Part shown: positions 18,292 to 25,688 of the stretch, one piece after another
How the letters are laid out: every line of letters starts with the position of its first letter
How positions within the stretch are numbered: the stretch's first letter is position 1
Origin: Patescibacteria group bacterium
GTDB lineage: Bacteria; Patescibacteriota; Minisyncoccia; UBA6257; HR35
Direction: 5' to 3'
Length of the DNA stretch: 32,000 bases
NCBI GenBank assembly: GCA_023480925.1
Contig: JAMCWY010000022.1
Span: 2,986 to 34,985, forward strand
The notes under the pieces: generated by a model
Seen by the model: the letters and a program-made list of their open reading frames with translations, nothing else
Told to the model about the DNA's origin: nothing
Database searches by the model: none
Program-made: the position numbers and the translations under genes

Positions 18292-18925
18292 TCTGGTTTT
18301 AATCAACCCGCTCTTGAATTTACTTTTAAATATTTTTTCCTTGACTCATGATTTTGGTTGGGCGATAATTTTGACCACGGTTCTTTTAAAATTTTTTTTG
18401 CTGCCGTTCGCTTATTTGGCCCATCGCGAAGAAGGCCGAGTTAGGCAGGTCAGCCAAAGAGTCAACCGCGAAACAAAGGGAATAAAAGATATGATTGAAA
18501 AATCAAAAATCATTCAAAATGTTTACGCGGAAGAAAAATTTAATCCGATGAAAAATTTTGGCGTCCAAATAATCCAGCTGCCGATTTTTATCGGGTTTAT
18601 CGCCGCGCTCAACCGGGCGAAATTAATAATTGCCAATCCGTTTTTCCTTGGTCTGATCGATTTGCGTCTAGTTAATTTTTATTTGGCCCTGCTTGCTTTT
18701 TTGCTTCAATTTCTTCTGATTTTTAGCCAACCGGCCGAGGGTCGCAAAATTGCTTTTATTGTTTTGTTTTTTATTGGTTTGATTCTTTTCCGTCTGCCGG
18801 CGATATTCACCGTTTACTGGCTGGCCCTTTCAATTTTTATTCTCTTAGAGCGAAAAATTTTTCATTGGCATGAAGTAAAGTTTGCGGTCAAGCCGGTTAG
18901 TGAAAAAGAGGCCAGCCTGAGTTAG
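18278..18925 (+). CDS. yidC: YidC/Oxa1-family membrane protein insertase, short form, 215 aa
   Basis: NPLLNLLLNIFSLTHDFGWAIILTTVLLKFFLLPF matches the conserved first core helix of YidC. Further TM helices follow. Canonical position after rnpA (14-nt overlap). Confidence 0.8.
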   Translation: MNFFNLVLINPLLNLLLNIFSLTHDFGWAIILTTVLLKFFLLPFAYLAHREEGRVRQVSQRVNRETKGIKDMIEKSKIIQNVYAEEKFNPMKNFGVQIIQLPIFIGFIAALNRAKLIIANPFFLGLIDLRLVNFYLALLAFLLQFLLIFSQPAEGRKIAFIVLFFIGLILFRLPAIFTVYWLALSIFILLERKIFHWHEVKFAVKPVSEKEASLS

Positions 18926-19996
18926 CTGCGGCTTGAGGACATCATAATTACCGTTTAAATCAATGGTTTTTTCCTTATTGTCATTTGGGTTGTAAATAAA
19001 GATCTTGTCGGTAAAAGACTTTTTTAATTGAAGCCAGTTCTCGGGTAGGCCGGTTAGGTTTTGGTTGGTTGGGACGCCACAAACAAGATACTGCTCAAAC
19101 GAACACTTGGAGTCGGCGAAGGTGCCGAAGTTGAAAGCTTTTTGAATCTTGCCACCAAAATCAATTAGATTAGAGATCCAACTTGATTGGCTGAAATAAC
19201 TAATAAAAATTAAATTGGAATTTTTTTGGCCGATCGCGGTTAAGCCCGGTTCGGCTTGAAAAATTTCTTTAATTAGAGATTGACTGGGGTCATAGAGGAA
19301 CAGAGGCGAGGCCCGGCCAGTTTGAGGCTTGTCGTAAAAAATGACCTCTTGGCCGTCGGGACTAAAGAATTCAGGTTCAAGTAAGGAAAAGTTAAAAAGT
19401 TTTTTTTCAACGCCTTGGCGGTTAAGCTCGGCGATATAATTGATATTACCTTCATTGGAAACGTAATAAAGGGGAAGATTACCGATCCAGCCGGCCGCTC
19501 GGGTCAATAAATTGAGTTTAGTTAGGTTGTCGGCGGTGATATCCAAAACGAAGTAATGGTCAATGACGCCGCGGCTACTTTTGATTAGTAAGCTTTGTTT
19601 GTCCGGCGACAGACTTAGAAAACTAATATTGGGATCATCGTAAAGTTGCTGGAAGGTTTTATGTTCAAGATCAAAAGCGGTGACGGTTTTCGATTGATAA
19701 TCGTAGGCGTAAATTTTTGGATAGTCAATTTTGGCAAAACCAAGAGGTTCTTGAAAAACTGGTCCAATCGCGCCGACCGCCGGCGCGGTCGTGGCATTAA
19801 TTGTGTTTATTGGGGTTGATTTAAAGTTTGGCCCTAGTTCGTTGTTGGAAATCTTATAGACTTTTTGACCAGTGCCATTGATTTGATAAGATGTTTGAAT
19901 CGGCGGTTTTTTTATTATCTCTTCAACCATTAAAAAAGTAAAAGTGATCAAAATAATCGCGCCGAAGACAATAAAGACGTTCTTGATTTTTCTCAT
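18845..19996 (-). CDS. Membrane-anchored PD40/TolB-like beta-propeller repeat protein, 383 aa; last gene of the T4SS-like operon
   Basis: N-terminal anchor VFIVFGAIILITFTFLMV. PD40-like repeats LSLSPDKQSLLIKSS and FFSPDGQEVIFYDK. ATGA overlap with the upstream ORF at 19993-19996. The 3' end overlaps yidC by 81 nt. Confidence 0.6.
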   Translation of the reverse strand: MRKIKNVFIVFGAIILITFTFLMVEEIIKKPPIQTSYQINGTGQKVYKISNNELGPNFKSTPINTINATTAPAVGAIGPVFQEPLGFAKIDYPKIYAYDYQSKTVTAFDLEHKTFQQLYDDPNISFLSLSPDKQSLLIKSSRGVIDHYFVLDITADNLTKLNLLTRAAGWIGNLPLYYVSNEGNINYIAELNRQGVEKKLFNFSLLEPEFFSPDGQEVIFYDKPQTGRASPLFLYDPSQSLIKEIFQAEPGLTAIGQKNSNLIFISYFSQSSWISNLIDFGGKIQKAFNFGTFADSKCSFEQYLVCGVPTNQNLTGLPENWLQLKKSFTDKIFIYNPNDNKEKTIDLNGNYDVLKPQLTQAGLFFTNRLDRKLYFMPMKNFSL

Positions 19997-20325
19997 CGTT
20001 GTTTTGAATTATAAAAATAAATCGAGCCAAAAATAAGACCAATCACAACTAGGCCGACAATAAATTCAATTATAAGGTTAATAAAAATTTTTTTCCCGCC
20101 GACGCGGTTTTGATTTTGGTCGGGTTGACGGGAGGACGAAGAATTTTGATTGGCGGTTACGACTTGGCCCGAAGGCAGAAGCAGGGGTTTGATCGCGGCC
20201 GAGCTTGAGCCGGTTCGAGGCGTGGCCGGCTTGACTAAGTTTTGGCCAAAAGAAAATTTTACTGGGTTGGTCAAAACTAAGAAAATTATCAGGCCGACTA
20301 AAAATAAAAATTTATTTTTTGGCAT
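19993..20325 (-). CDS. Small secreted / C-terminally anchored protein, 110 aa
   Basis: N-terminal signal-like segment FLFLVGLIIFLVLTNPVKFSFGQ, S/Q/N-rich middle, C-terminal TM FIVGLVVIGLIFGSIYFY followed by a basic tail. Begins 9 nt after the preceding gene. Confidence 0.5.
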   Translation of the reverse strand: MPKNKFLFLVGLIIFLVLTNPVKFSFGQNLVKPATPRTGSSSAAIKPLLLPSGQVVTANQNSSSSRQPDQNQNRVGGKKIFINLIIEFIVGLVVIGLIFGSIYFYNSKQR

Positions 20326-20334
20326 TATTTTTTA

Positions 20335-21357
20335 CTAATTACAATTGTTCATTGTTTGGTCATAAGTTGAGTATGTCGTCACTACAACCGCGGCCGTGTT
20401 AATGGCGGCGTACTGTCTAAACGCGTCTTTGCCAACGCCAACATAAAGATCAATATGATTACCGTTAATGCCGCCACCTCGGTCTGTGCCGCAAAACACG
20501 CCGTATCTTTGGTTGTTTATATACATAACGACTTTTGAGGGTAACCACTCGGTTGGCACAGCCACAGTTTTGCCGGAGATAAGGACGTGGCCTTCGGCGT
20601 CAAGTGGTTGAGAAATTTCTTGAAAACTAGAGTTGATATAACGGCCTTGTTTGCCTTGACAAATAAGGCCGTTGCCTTGGTCGCAATAGCCGGTGCCTTG
20701 CATCTGGACGTCTGCTTTAAAAGAGTTTTCGCTTTGAGCCTGACTTTCGAGAGGAACATAATAACGGGTGACTTGAACTGGAATGCGTTGGCCGGTGTTT
20801 GGCGAACTAGCTTGGCCACTAGTAACAGGGGCGTTGGCGGCGAAACTGTTTTTGCCCGTGACAAATGTTTGACCGTCAACGGTAACGAAGCCGGGTATAT
20901 CGATATTTTGGACTCGGTAAAGAAGAAGATCGGCGTTAAAAATTTGAGGGTTGATCCAATAGAGAACCGAGCCGCTGAGAAAAATTACGATTAAACCAAA
21001 GACGGCGTTCTTGATTTTTTCCTTGCCGGCGGCCTTTAGGTTGACGGTTGAACTAAGCATGTATTCAAACGCGCCAACGATGACAAAGATAAAGGCGAGA
21101 GCGACAGCGATAACGGCGATCAGGTTGTAAACCGCTTGGAGGCAGCCCTGAAGACTAAAGGGATTATTGTTGGTTTGGTTTGAAATTGGGCATTCGGTTT
21201 GGAAATAACTGAACGGCGAAGCGAGATTGTTAAGGGGGGCGGCGAAAGAAATTATCGGTAAAGTCAAAATAAAAATTAAAACAAGGATCAAGTTAAGATT
21301 GCCCAGCCGGAATTTTTTATTAAAGTTTTTTCCCGAATAAAATTTTTTTAAACTCAT
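20335..21357 (-). CDS. Fusion protein: N-terminal T4SS-pilin-like TM hairpin plus C-terminal MltA/3D-domain (putative peptidoglycan lytic transglycosylase), 340 aa
   Basis: N-terminal part: signal/anchor, then LQAVYNLIAVIAVALAFIFVIVGAFEYMLSS..LKAAGKEKIKNAVFGLIVIFLSGSVLYWINP (helix-loop-helix as in Gram-positive/CPR T4SS pilins). C-terminal part: RYYVPLES...MQGTGYCDQGNG...GKTVAVPTEWLPSKVVMYINNQRYGVFCGTDRGGGINGNHIDLYVGVGKDAF. This aligns by eye to the 3D domain (GTVAVD...P.G..V.......DTGGAIKGN.ID.F). Confidence 0.7.
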   Translation of the reverse strand: MSLKKFYSGKNFNKKFRLGNLNLILVLIFILTLPIISFAAPLNNLASPFSYFQTECPISNQTNNNPFSLQGCLQAVYNLIAVIAVALAFIFVIVGAFEYMLSSTVNLKAAGKEKIKNAVFGLIVIFLSGSVLYWINPQIFNADLLLYRVQNIDIPGFVTVDGQTFVTGKNSFAANAPVTSGQASSPNTGQRIPVQVTRYYVPLESQAQSENSFKADVQMQGTGYCDQGNGLICQGKQGRYINSSFQEISQPLDAEGHVLISGKTVAVPTEWLPSKVVMYINNQRYGVFCGTDRGGGINGNHIDLYVGVGKDAFRQYAAINTAAVVVTTYSTYDQTMNNCN

Positions 21358-22007
21358 TAAATCGTTAATTTGGTCGAGGCGCTTTGGTTTGGTTGATTTT
21401 GATTTTGGATAATCAACTCAAGCTCGTTTTGAGCGCCTAAGCCCATATCGGGATTTAATTGGATTGACCAAGCGTTTGAAAAAATTCTGTTATTTTCTGC
21501 CCAGAAATAATCCAGCAAAGGCGAAGAAAAATTAAAAGCCAGGCCGGTTAAGTTGTCATTTGATTGAAGCTGACGCGCGGGCAGATAAAAGTTAGAGCCG
21601 GGTTCGAACTTAACGATCGTAACGCTTGGTTGGGGGACGTTAATGTCAATCGGTTCGGTTAAAGTTAATTTGAAATCTTTTGAGACAAGTTTGACCGCAC
21701 CAGTGATAACGCTAATATTGGCGTCGCCTAGGGGCAGCCTTAAAAATGGCAAAGTAGTTTGTTCACTGAGCGCGAGATTCGTTTGAGCATTCCAGGTGTA
21801 GTTAAAATCTTGGGCGGAGTAGATTCGGCCGCCTTGACTGATTTGAACCTCAGCTCCAAGAATAATCGAGTCGCCAACTTTTTTACTTGAGAGATAAAAA
21901 TAATTTTGGTTCGATTGGGCTTGGCTAAAATTAATATCAATAAGACCAAGAATGCAGATAAGTCCAAGCACCAAGACTAATTTTCGCGGGTTAAATTTTG
22001 AAATCAT
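21357..22007 (-). CDS. Secreted or N-terminally anchored beta-rich protein of unknown function, 216 aa
   Basis: The ORF track extends to 22190, but that extension overlaps the upstream gene. Met at 22007 starts a clean signal/anchor: MISKFNPRKLVLVLGLICILGLIDINFSQAQ. The stop overlaps the next ATG (TAATG at 21355-21359). Confidence 0.55.
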   Translation of the reverse strand: MISKFNPRKLVLVLGLICILGLIDINFSQAQSNQNYFYLSSKKVGDSIILGAEVQISQGGRIYSAQDFNYTWNAQTNLALSEQTTLPFLRLPLGDANISVITGAVKLVSKDFKLTLTEPIDINVPQPSVTIVKFEPGSNFYLPARQLQSNDNLTGLAFNFSSPLLDYFWAENNRIFSNAWSIQLNPDMGLGAQNELELIIQNQNQPNQSASTKLTI

Positions 22008-22038
22008 TTTTAATCGAGTTGTTTTTAATTTTTGATCT

Positions 22039-22587
22039 TTAATCATCGCTGATAGTCGGGCCGGCGATTTCTTGGCTTGGTCTAGAAATGACTTCGCCAT
22101 TATCCTGGCCGGTTGTTTCAAAATGAGAAGCGATTTTTGGCCAAAGAAAAAATAAAAATATAACACTGATCGTTTCAAGGGGGAGAACACTTACGATTGT
22201 GCCGATGATTGGCAATTCATCGGCGACAACCTCGCCGCCCGTGACGAGTCGGGTGATAATCGAAATATTCCGGCGGGCTCGATTAAGTTGGCTCTTGCCG
22301 CCGCTGAATTCGGGTCGGTAACTTAAATAAAGAAACAGGCCGAAATAAATTAAACGGAAAACTCCCAAGATTAATCTGATAATCCAGCCAACCAGACCTC
22401 CCGTGGGAATGTCAAGGATGTCGGCGATAATGTCGACTAAGTCAAGCCAAATCGCCAAACCCAAAAGAGAAAAAAGCAAAAAGTAAGTCGGGCCGCTTCG
22501 GCTGTCCCCCGGCTCGGCCTGGCTGGAATCGTTCAAGTCGGTTGGGCCGGTTATTTTTTGTGTTTCCGGTTCGGAAATTATTTCCAT
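22039..22587 (-). CDS. Integral membrane protein of unknown function, 182 aa
   Basis: Acidic/polar N-terminus, then about 3-4 TM segments (YFLLFSLLGLAIWLDLV, LVGWIIRLILGVFRLIYFGLFLYL, IIGTIVSVLPLETISVIFLFFLW). Its ATG lies 1 nt after the VirB4 stop. Confidence 0.55.
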   Translation of the reverse strand: MEIISEPETQKITGPTDLNDSSQAEPGDSRSGPTYFLLFSLLGLAIWLDLVDIIADILDIPTGGLVGWIIRLILGVFRLIYFGLFLYLSYRPEFSGGKSQLNRARRNISIITRLVTGGEVVADELPIIGTIVSVLPLETISVIFLFFLWPKIASHFETTGQDNGEVISRPSQEIAGPTISDD

Positions 22588-22588
22588 T

Positions 22589-24409
22589 TTATAAGCCTTT
22601 GTCCGCCGCGGCTTTTTTTAGAGCCATTAATTGTTCTAAGTCGGAACGAATAATCTGATCTTCGGCGTATGAACCGAGGATGTAAATCGGGACGCGCTTA
22701 AGGCCGGCGACGATAATGCCGCGGCCGCGTTCGGCCTGAAGGAGAAAATTTTTTTCGCCCTCAGATAAAGCGAAAACTTGGCCAATTAGGTCGATCGTCG
22801 CCGGCGATTGTTTCATCAAAAAAACCAGGGCCGAGTTGGTAATAATCGGTTTGCCGAAAGACGAGCTAAGAAAGTCCTCGACGTCTTGAGTAATATTGGT
22901 GACGCCCAGAAGATATTTTCGGCCGCGCTTAATCACGTTCAAAAGAAACTCGCCGCCGGCTTTTTGTTTCATAATCCACCAGGCTTCATCGATGATGATG
23001 ACCCGTCGCCGGACGTCGCGTCGGGCTCGATTCATAATAAAAGAAAGAGTCAGGTACATGCCGATTGGCCGAAGTTGTTCGACCAGATCGCGAAAGCCAA
23101 AAACAATCAAGCGCCGGTCCAGCTCAACGTTGGTGGGTTTGTTGATAAAACCGGAGAAGTTGCCTTGGGTGTAAGGATAAATTCGGTCGGCTATTTTTTC
23201 GCCGCCCTCGACGTTCCGGAGTATTTTTTCGAAGTCGTCGAGAGTCGGGAAGATATCGATTTTACTAATGTCGCTTTCGGGCAAAATATTAAACGAGGCG
23301 TAGGTTTGGGTTAGGGCCCGATCGATAATCGTCAGCTCTTCTGAATCGAGATCTTTTTCTGTGATGATTTGGATCAAACCAACCAGATCGGAAATTTTTT
23401 CTTTAAAGACTCCAACCGGATCTTCATCCGCCAAAGGCAAAGAAAGATCGAATGGGTTGATGTGAAGATCGGATTTGAGCGAGACGGGGATAAAGCTGCC
23501 GGCGTAAATTTCAGCGATTGAACGGTACTCGTCTTCAGGATCGAGAATAATCGTGTCGGTGCCAAGGACCAGATTTCGCATTACTTCAAGTTTGGCCATG
23601 TAAGATTTGCCCGAACCCGATCGGGCAAAAACAACCATGTGAGCGTTTTCAAAAGCGAAGCGGTCAAAAATAACCAGGCTGCTGTCTTGGAGATTGATGC
23701 CGAATAAAACACCTTGTTCCATTGAGAGTTCGGAGGAGATGAAAGGGAAAAAAGAAGAAGCGGGAGATGAGTTGAGTTGATAGCGGAGACTAATCTCGTC
23801 TAAGCCGAGCGGCGTGGTCGAGATAAACCCGGATTCTTGTTGAAAAAGAACAGTCTTGGGCAGTATCAGAGCGCTTTCAAGGATTTTTATCACTTGTTTT
23901 TCTTTAATGACAAGATCGTCTTTAGTCTCGGCTAAAATCGTTAAATAAAGGCCAACCTCGAACATTTTCTCGCGCGCCTGGATCAGGGCGTCTCGAAGCG
24001 ATTCGATGTCTTGGTAAGCGGTTTCGAGTTCGGGCGAGCGAACTAACCCACGCTCGACTCTTTCTTGAATTTGACCTTCGACTCGGGCAAGTTGTTTTTC
24101 GAATCTTTTCAAGAGCGCCGGTGTTTCTAAGGGGAAGAAAAAAAGAGAAAGATTAAAGGCTTCTTCAAGGGAAATAATGTTTTCAAGCCAACCAGCCAAA
24201 AGATAGCGAGGATAAGTCAAGATAAAAATCGTTTTGCCGAAAATGTCGCCGATTTGAAAATCGGAAAGATTAAAAATCGCGCCTGCCGGCGAAATTATTT
24301 CTTTAATATTCTCAAAGCCGGATGATTCTTTGACCGTTGGAATGACCAAGACTGGCTTATTCGGCTCGACCGCGCTTTTAAATTTCGGCAACTTTAAATT
24401 TAGCTTCAT
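22589..24409 (-). CDS. virB4: VirB4/TraC/TrbE-family type IV secretion ATPase (middle and C-terminal ATPase domains), 606 aa
   Basis: Walker A VVFARSGSGKSYM. Walker B RVIIIDEAWWIM (the DEAW form typical of VirB4). GVTNITQDVEDF. N-proximal ISPAGAIFNLSDFQIGDIFGKTIFILTYPRYLLAGWLENII, as in Gram-positive VirB4 homologs. Confidence 0.85.
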   Translation of the reverse strand: MKLNLKLPKFKSAVEPNKPVLVIPTVKESSGFENIKEIISPAGAIFNLSDFQIGDIFGKTIFILTYPRYLLAGWLENIISLEEAFNLSLFFFPLETPALLKRFEKQLARVEGQIQERVERGLVRSPELETAYQDIESLRDALIQAREKMFEVGLYLTILAETKDDLVIKEKQVIKILESALILPKTVLFQQESGFISTTPLGLDEISLRYQLNSSPASSFFPFISSELSMEQGVLFGINLQDSSLVIFDRFAFENAHMVVFARSGSGKSYMAKLEVMRNLVLGTDTIILDPEDEYRSIAEIYAGSFIPVSLKSDLHINPFDLSLPLADEDPVGVFKEKISDLVGLIQIITEKDLDSEELTIIDRALTQTYASFNILPESDISKIDIFPTLDDFEKILRNVEGGEKIADRIYPYTQGNFSGFINKPTNVELDRRLIVFGFRDLVEQLRPIGMYLTLSFIMNRARRDVRRRVIIIDEAWWIMKQKAGGEFLLNVIKRGRKYLLGVTNITQDVEDFLSSSFGKPIITNSALVFLMKQSPATIDLIGQVFALSEGEKNFLLQAERGRGIIVAGLKRVPIYILGSYAEDQIIRSDLEQLMALKKAAADKGL

Positions 24410-25038
24410 TTATAATTTAACGTTGTCTGGCTTAATTGTTCAAAAAGTTGGATCGGCGCCAAACCCCAACGCAGGCTTGGGTTGTATGTTTCGAAAAGCA
24501 GTTGAATCAGCTCCGAAGTTTGAAGACGGATCGGCTGAAGACCAATGATGGAAAGTTTTTCGGAAAGGTAAACGATTCTGGTTTCAAGTTGTTCGAGTTT
24601 TTCTTCGTAGCGCTCTTCTTTGCTCGAATCGTTTTTGCGCAACTTGCTCATGTCTAAATTTGACTCGTAGGGGACGACCAGATAAAACATTTTTTTCATA
24701 ATTTTGTGGTTTTCGATATAACCGGCGAGAAATTCGATGTACTCTTGGAGTTGAAGCCGGATCAGCGGTTCTTTTTCGTTTTCCAAAACCGACTTAAGGT
24801 AGTTGAGATAATTTTCAATATTAGCCAAGCGCGAGACGGTTAAAATTTGAAGGGGAAAGTCAATGCCGTTTAGAAGATTTTTAAACTGGTCAATCACCAA
24901 CTCTTTTTCTTTCTCGGCTAAGAGATAAAAATTTATTCCGGGCACCATTAAAACCGCCCGGAGACTACCGTTCGTTAAGATCATCGTATCGTCGCGAACA
25001 TCCGCGACTTTAATCAAATTAAATGTCGGTTTTACCAT
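24406..25038 (-). CDS. VirB4 N-terminal-domain-like protein, 210 aa (separate ORF coupled to the ATPase by an ATGA overlap)
   Basis: IKVADVRDDTMILTNGSLRAVLMVPGINFYLLAEKEKELVIDQFKNLLNGIDFPLQILTVSR...KKMFYLVVPYES resembles the extreme N-terminal segment of ~800-aa Gram-positive VirB4 proteins. The two ORFs sum to 816 aa. Its TGA overlaps the ATG of the 606-aa ORF. Confidence 0.6.
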   Translation of the reverse strand: MVKPTFNLIKVADVRDDTMILTNGSLRAVLMVPGINFYLLAEKEKELVIDQFKNLLNGIDFPLQILTVSRLANIENYLNYLKSVLENEKEPLIRLQLQEYIEFLAGYIENHKIMKKMFYLVVPYESNLDMSKLRKNDSSKEERYEEKLEQLETRIVYLSEKLSIIGLQPIRLQTSELIQLLFETYNPSLRWGLAPIQLFEQLSQTTLNYK

Positions 25039-25676
25039 CGTCTTTTTGGAAATTTTGGTAAAGGAAAATTTTTATATGGATTATAGTTATTTAGGGTTGG
25101 TTGGAGCTTTTTGACGACACTAATCAGGGGCTGGTTATTTATTCGGGTTTGGACCGGCGTCGCCGGTGCTGGCGGTTGAATTTTTATTTCTGGCTTCGGC
25201 GCGATTTGTTTTTCCGGGCCAAGCCATGGCGTTTCTTTGATTGTCGGAATCGGTTCGGCCGAGCTGATGGGCGGCGGCGGTGTTTTTGGTTTTCTAATTA
25301 ATAATTGTTCCGTTGTCTCGATCTGTTTTTCTCCTGTGGGCGGTTCTTTTAAATATTTTTCCAATTCAGGCAACTCAATCGTTTTATTGACAATCTTGGT
25401 CATCGATTGCCAGACATATTTTCGGTTTGAACCAAAGAAGTAAAAAAGCGAAGGTAGCGACGATAGGACCGGTTTGCCGTTAAGATTAATGAAGCCCAGG
25501 GCGACAGCCAGACCAAACGAGATTATAACGATTATGAGTTCGATTAAACCGCCGACAACTTTGCTGCCGATATAACTGATAATAAAGGCGGCCAAAAATA
25601 AAAAGAGTTGTTTAAACGTGACTAAGCCCATTAGCTTGTCTTCGACGCCGATGTATTGAGGAACGCTCGATCTCAT
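25032..25676 (-). CDS. PrgI-family / VirB3-like two-TM protein with a Pro-rich C-terminal extension, 214 aa
   Basis: SVPQYIGVEDKLMGLVTFKQLFLFLAAFIISYIG followed by a second TM matches the PrgI-family N-terminal pattern (vP..i..eDKl.G.lt.rQ). It lies immediately upstream of VirB4, as VirB3/PrgI genes usually do. 7-nt overlap with the next ORF. Confidence 0.55.
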   Translation of the reverse strand: MRSSVPQYIGVEDKLMGLVTFKQLFLFLAAFIISYIGSKVVGGLIELIIVIISFGLAVALGFINLNGKPVLSSLPSLFYFFGSNRKYVWQSMTKIVNKTIELPELEKYLKEPPTGEKQIETTEQLLIRKPKTPPPPISSAEPIPTIKETPWLGPEKQIAPKPEIKIQPPAPATPVQTRINNQPLISVVKKLQPTLNNYNPYKNFPLPKFPKRRW

Positions 25677-25688
25677 TTTTAAATCTAA

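Noticed and set aside
20517-20994. 120-aa (-) and 135-aa (+) ORFs inside the pilin-3D gene
   Set aside because: They are shadow or alternative-frame ORFs. The main frame carries recognisable 3D-domain motifs.
8195-22007. Shared NQPNQS-type peptide in HtrA (NQSNQPNQSS) and in the 216-aa operon protein (QNQNQPNQSAS), as a possible common sorting or recognition tag
   Set aside because: The motif is short and low-complexity, and Q/N-rich linkers occur in many proteins here. It is most likely compositional coincidence.
22008-22190. N-terminal 61-codon extension of the 277-aa ORF
   Set aside because: The extension overlaps the upstream membrane-protein gene by ~150 nt. The Met at 22007 starts a textbook signal/anchor 32 nt after that gene's stop.
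22808-23314. Plus-strand 168-aa and 92-aa ORFs antisense to virB4
   Set aside because: They are antisense to a CDS with clear Walker motifs. They have no motifs and biased composition. Such ORFs are typical shadow ORFs.
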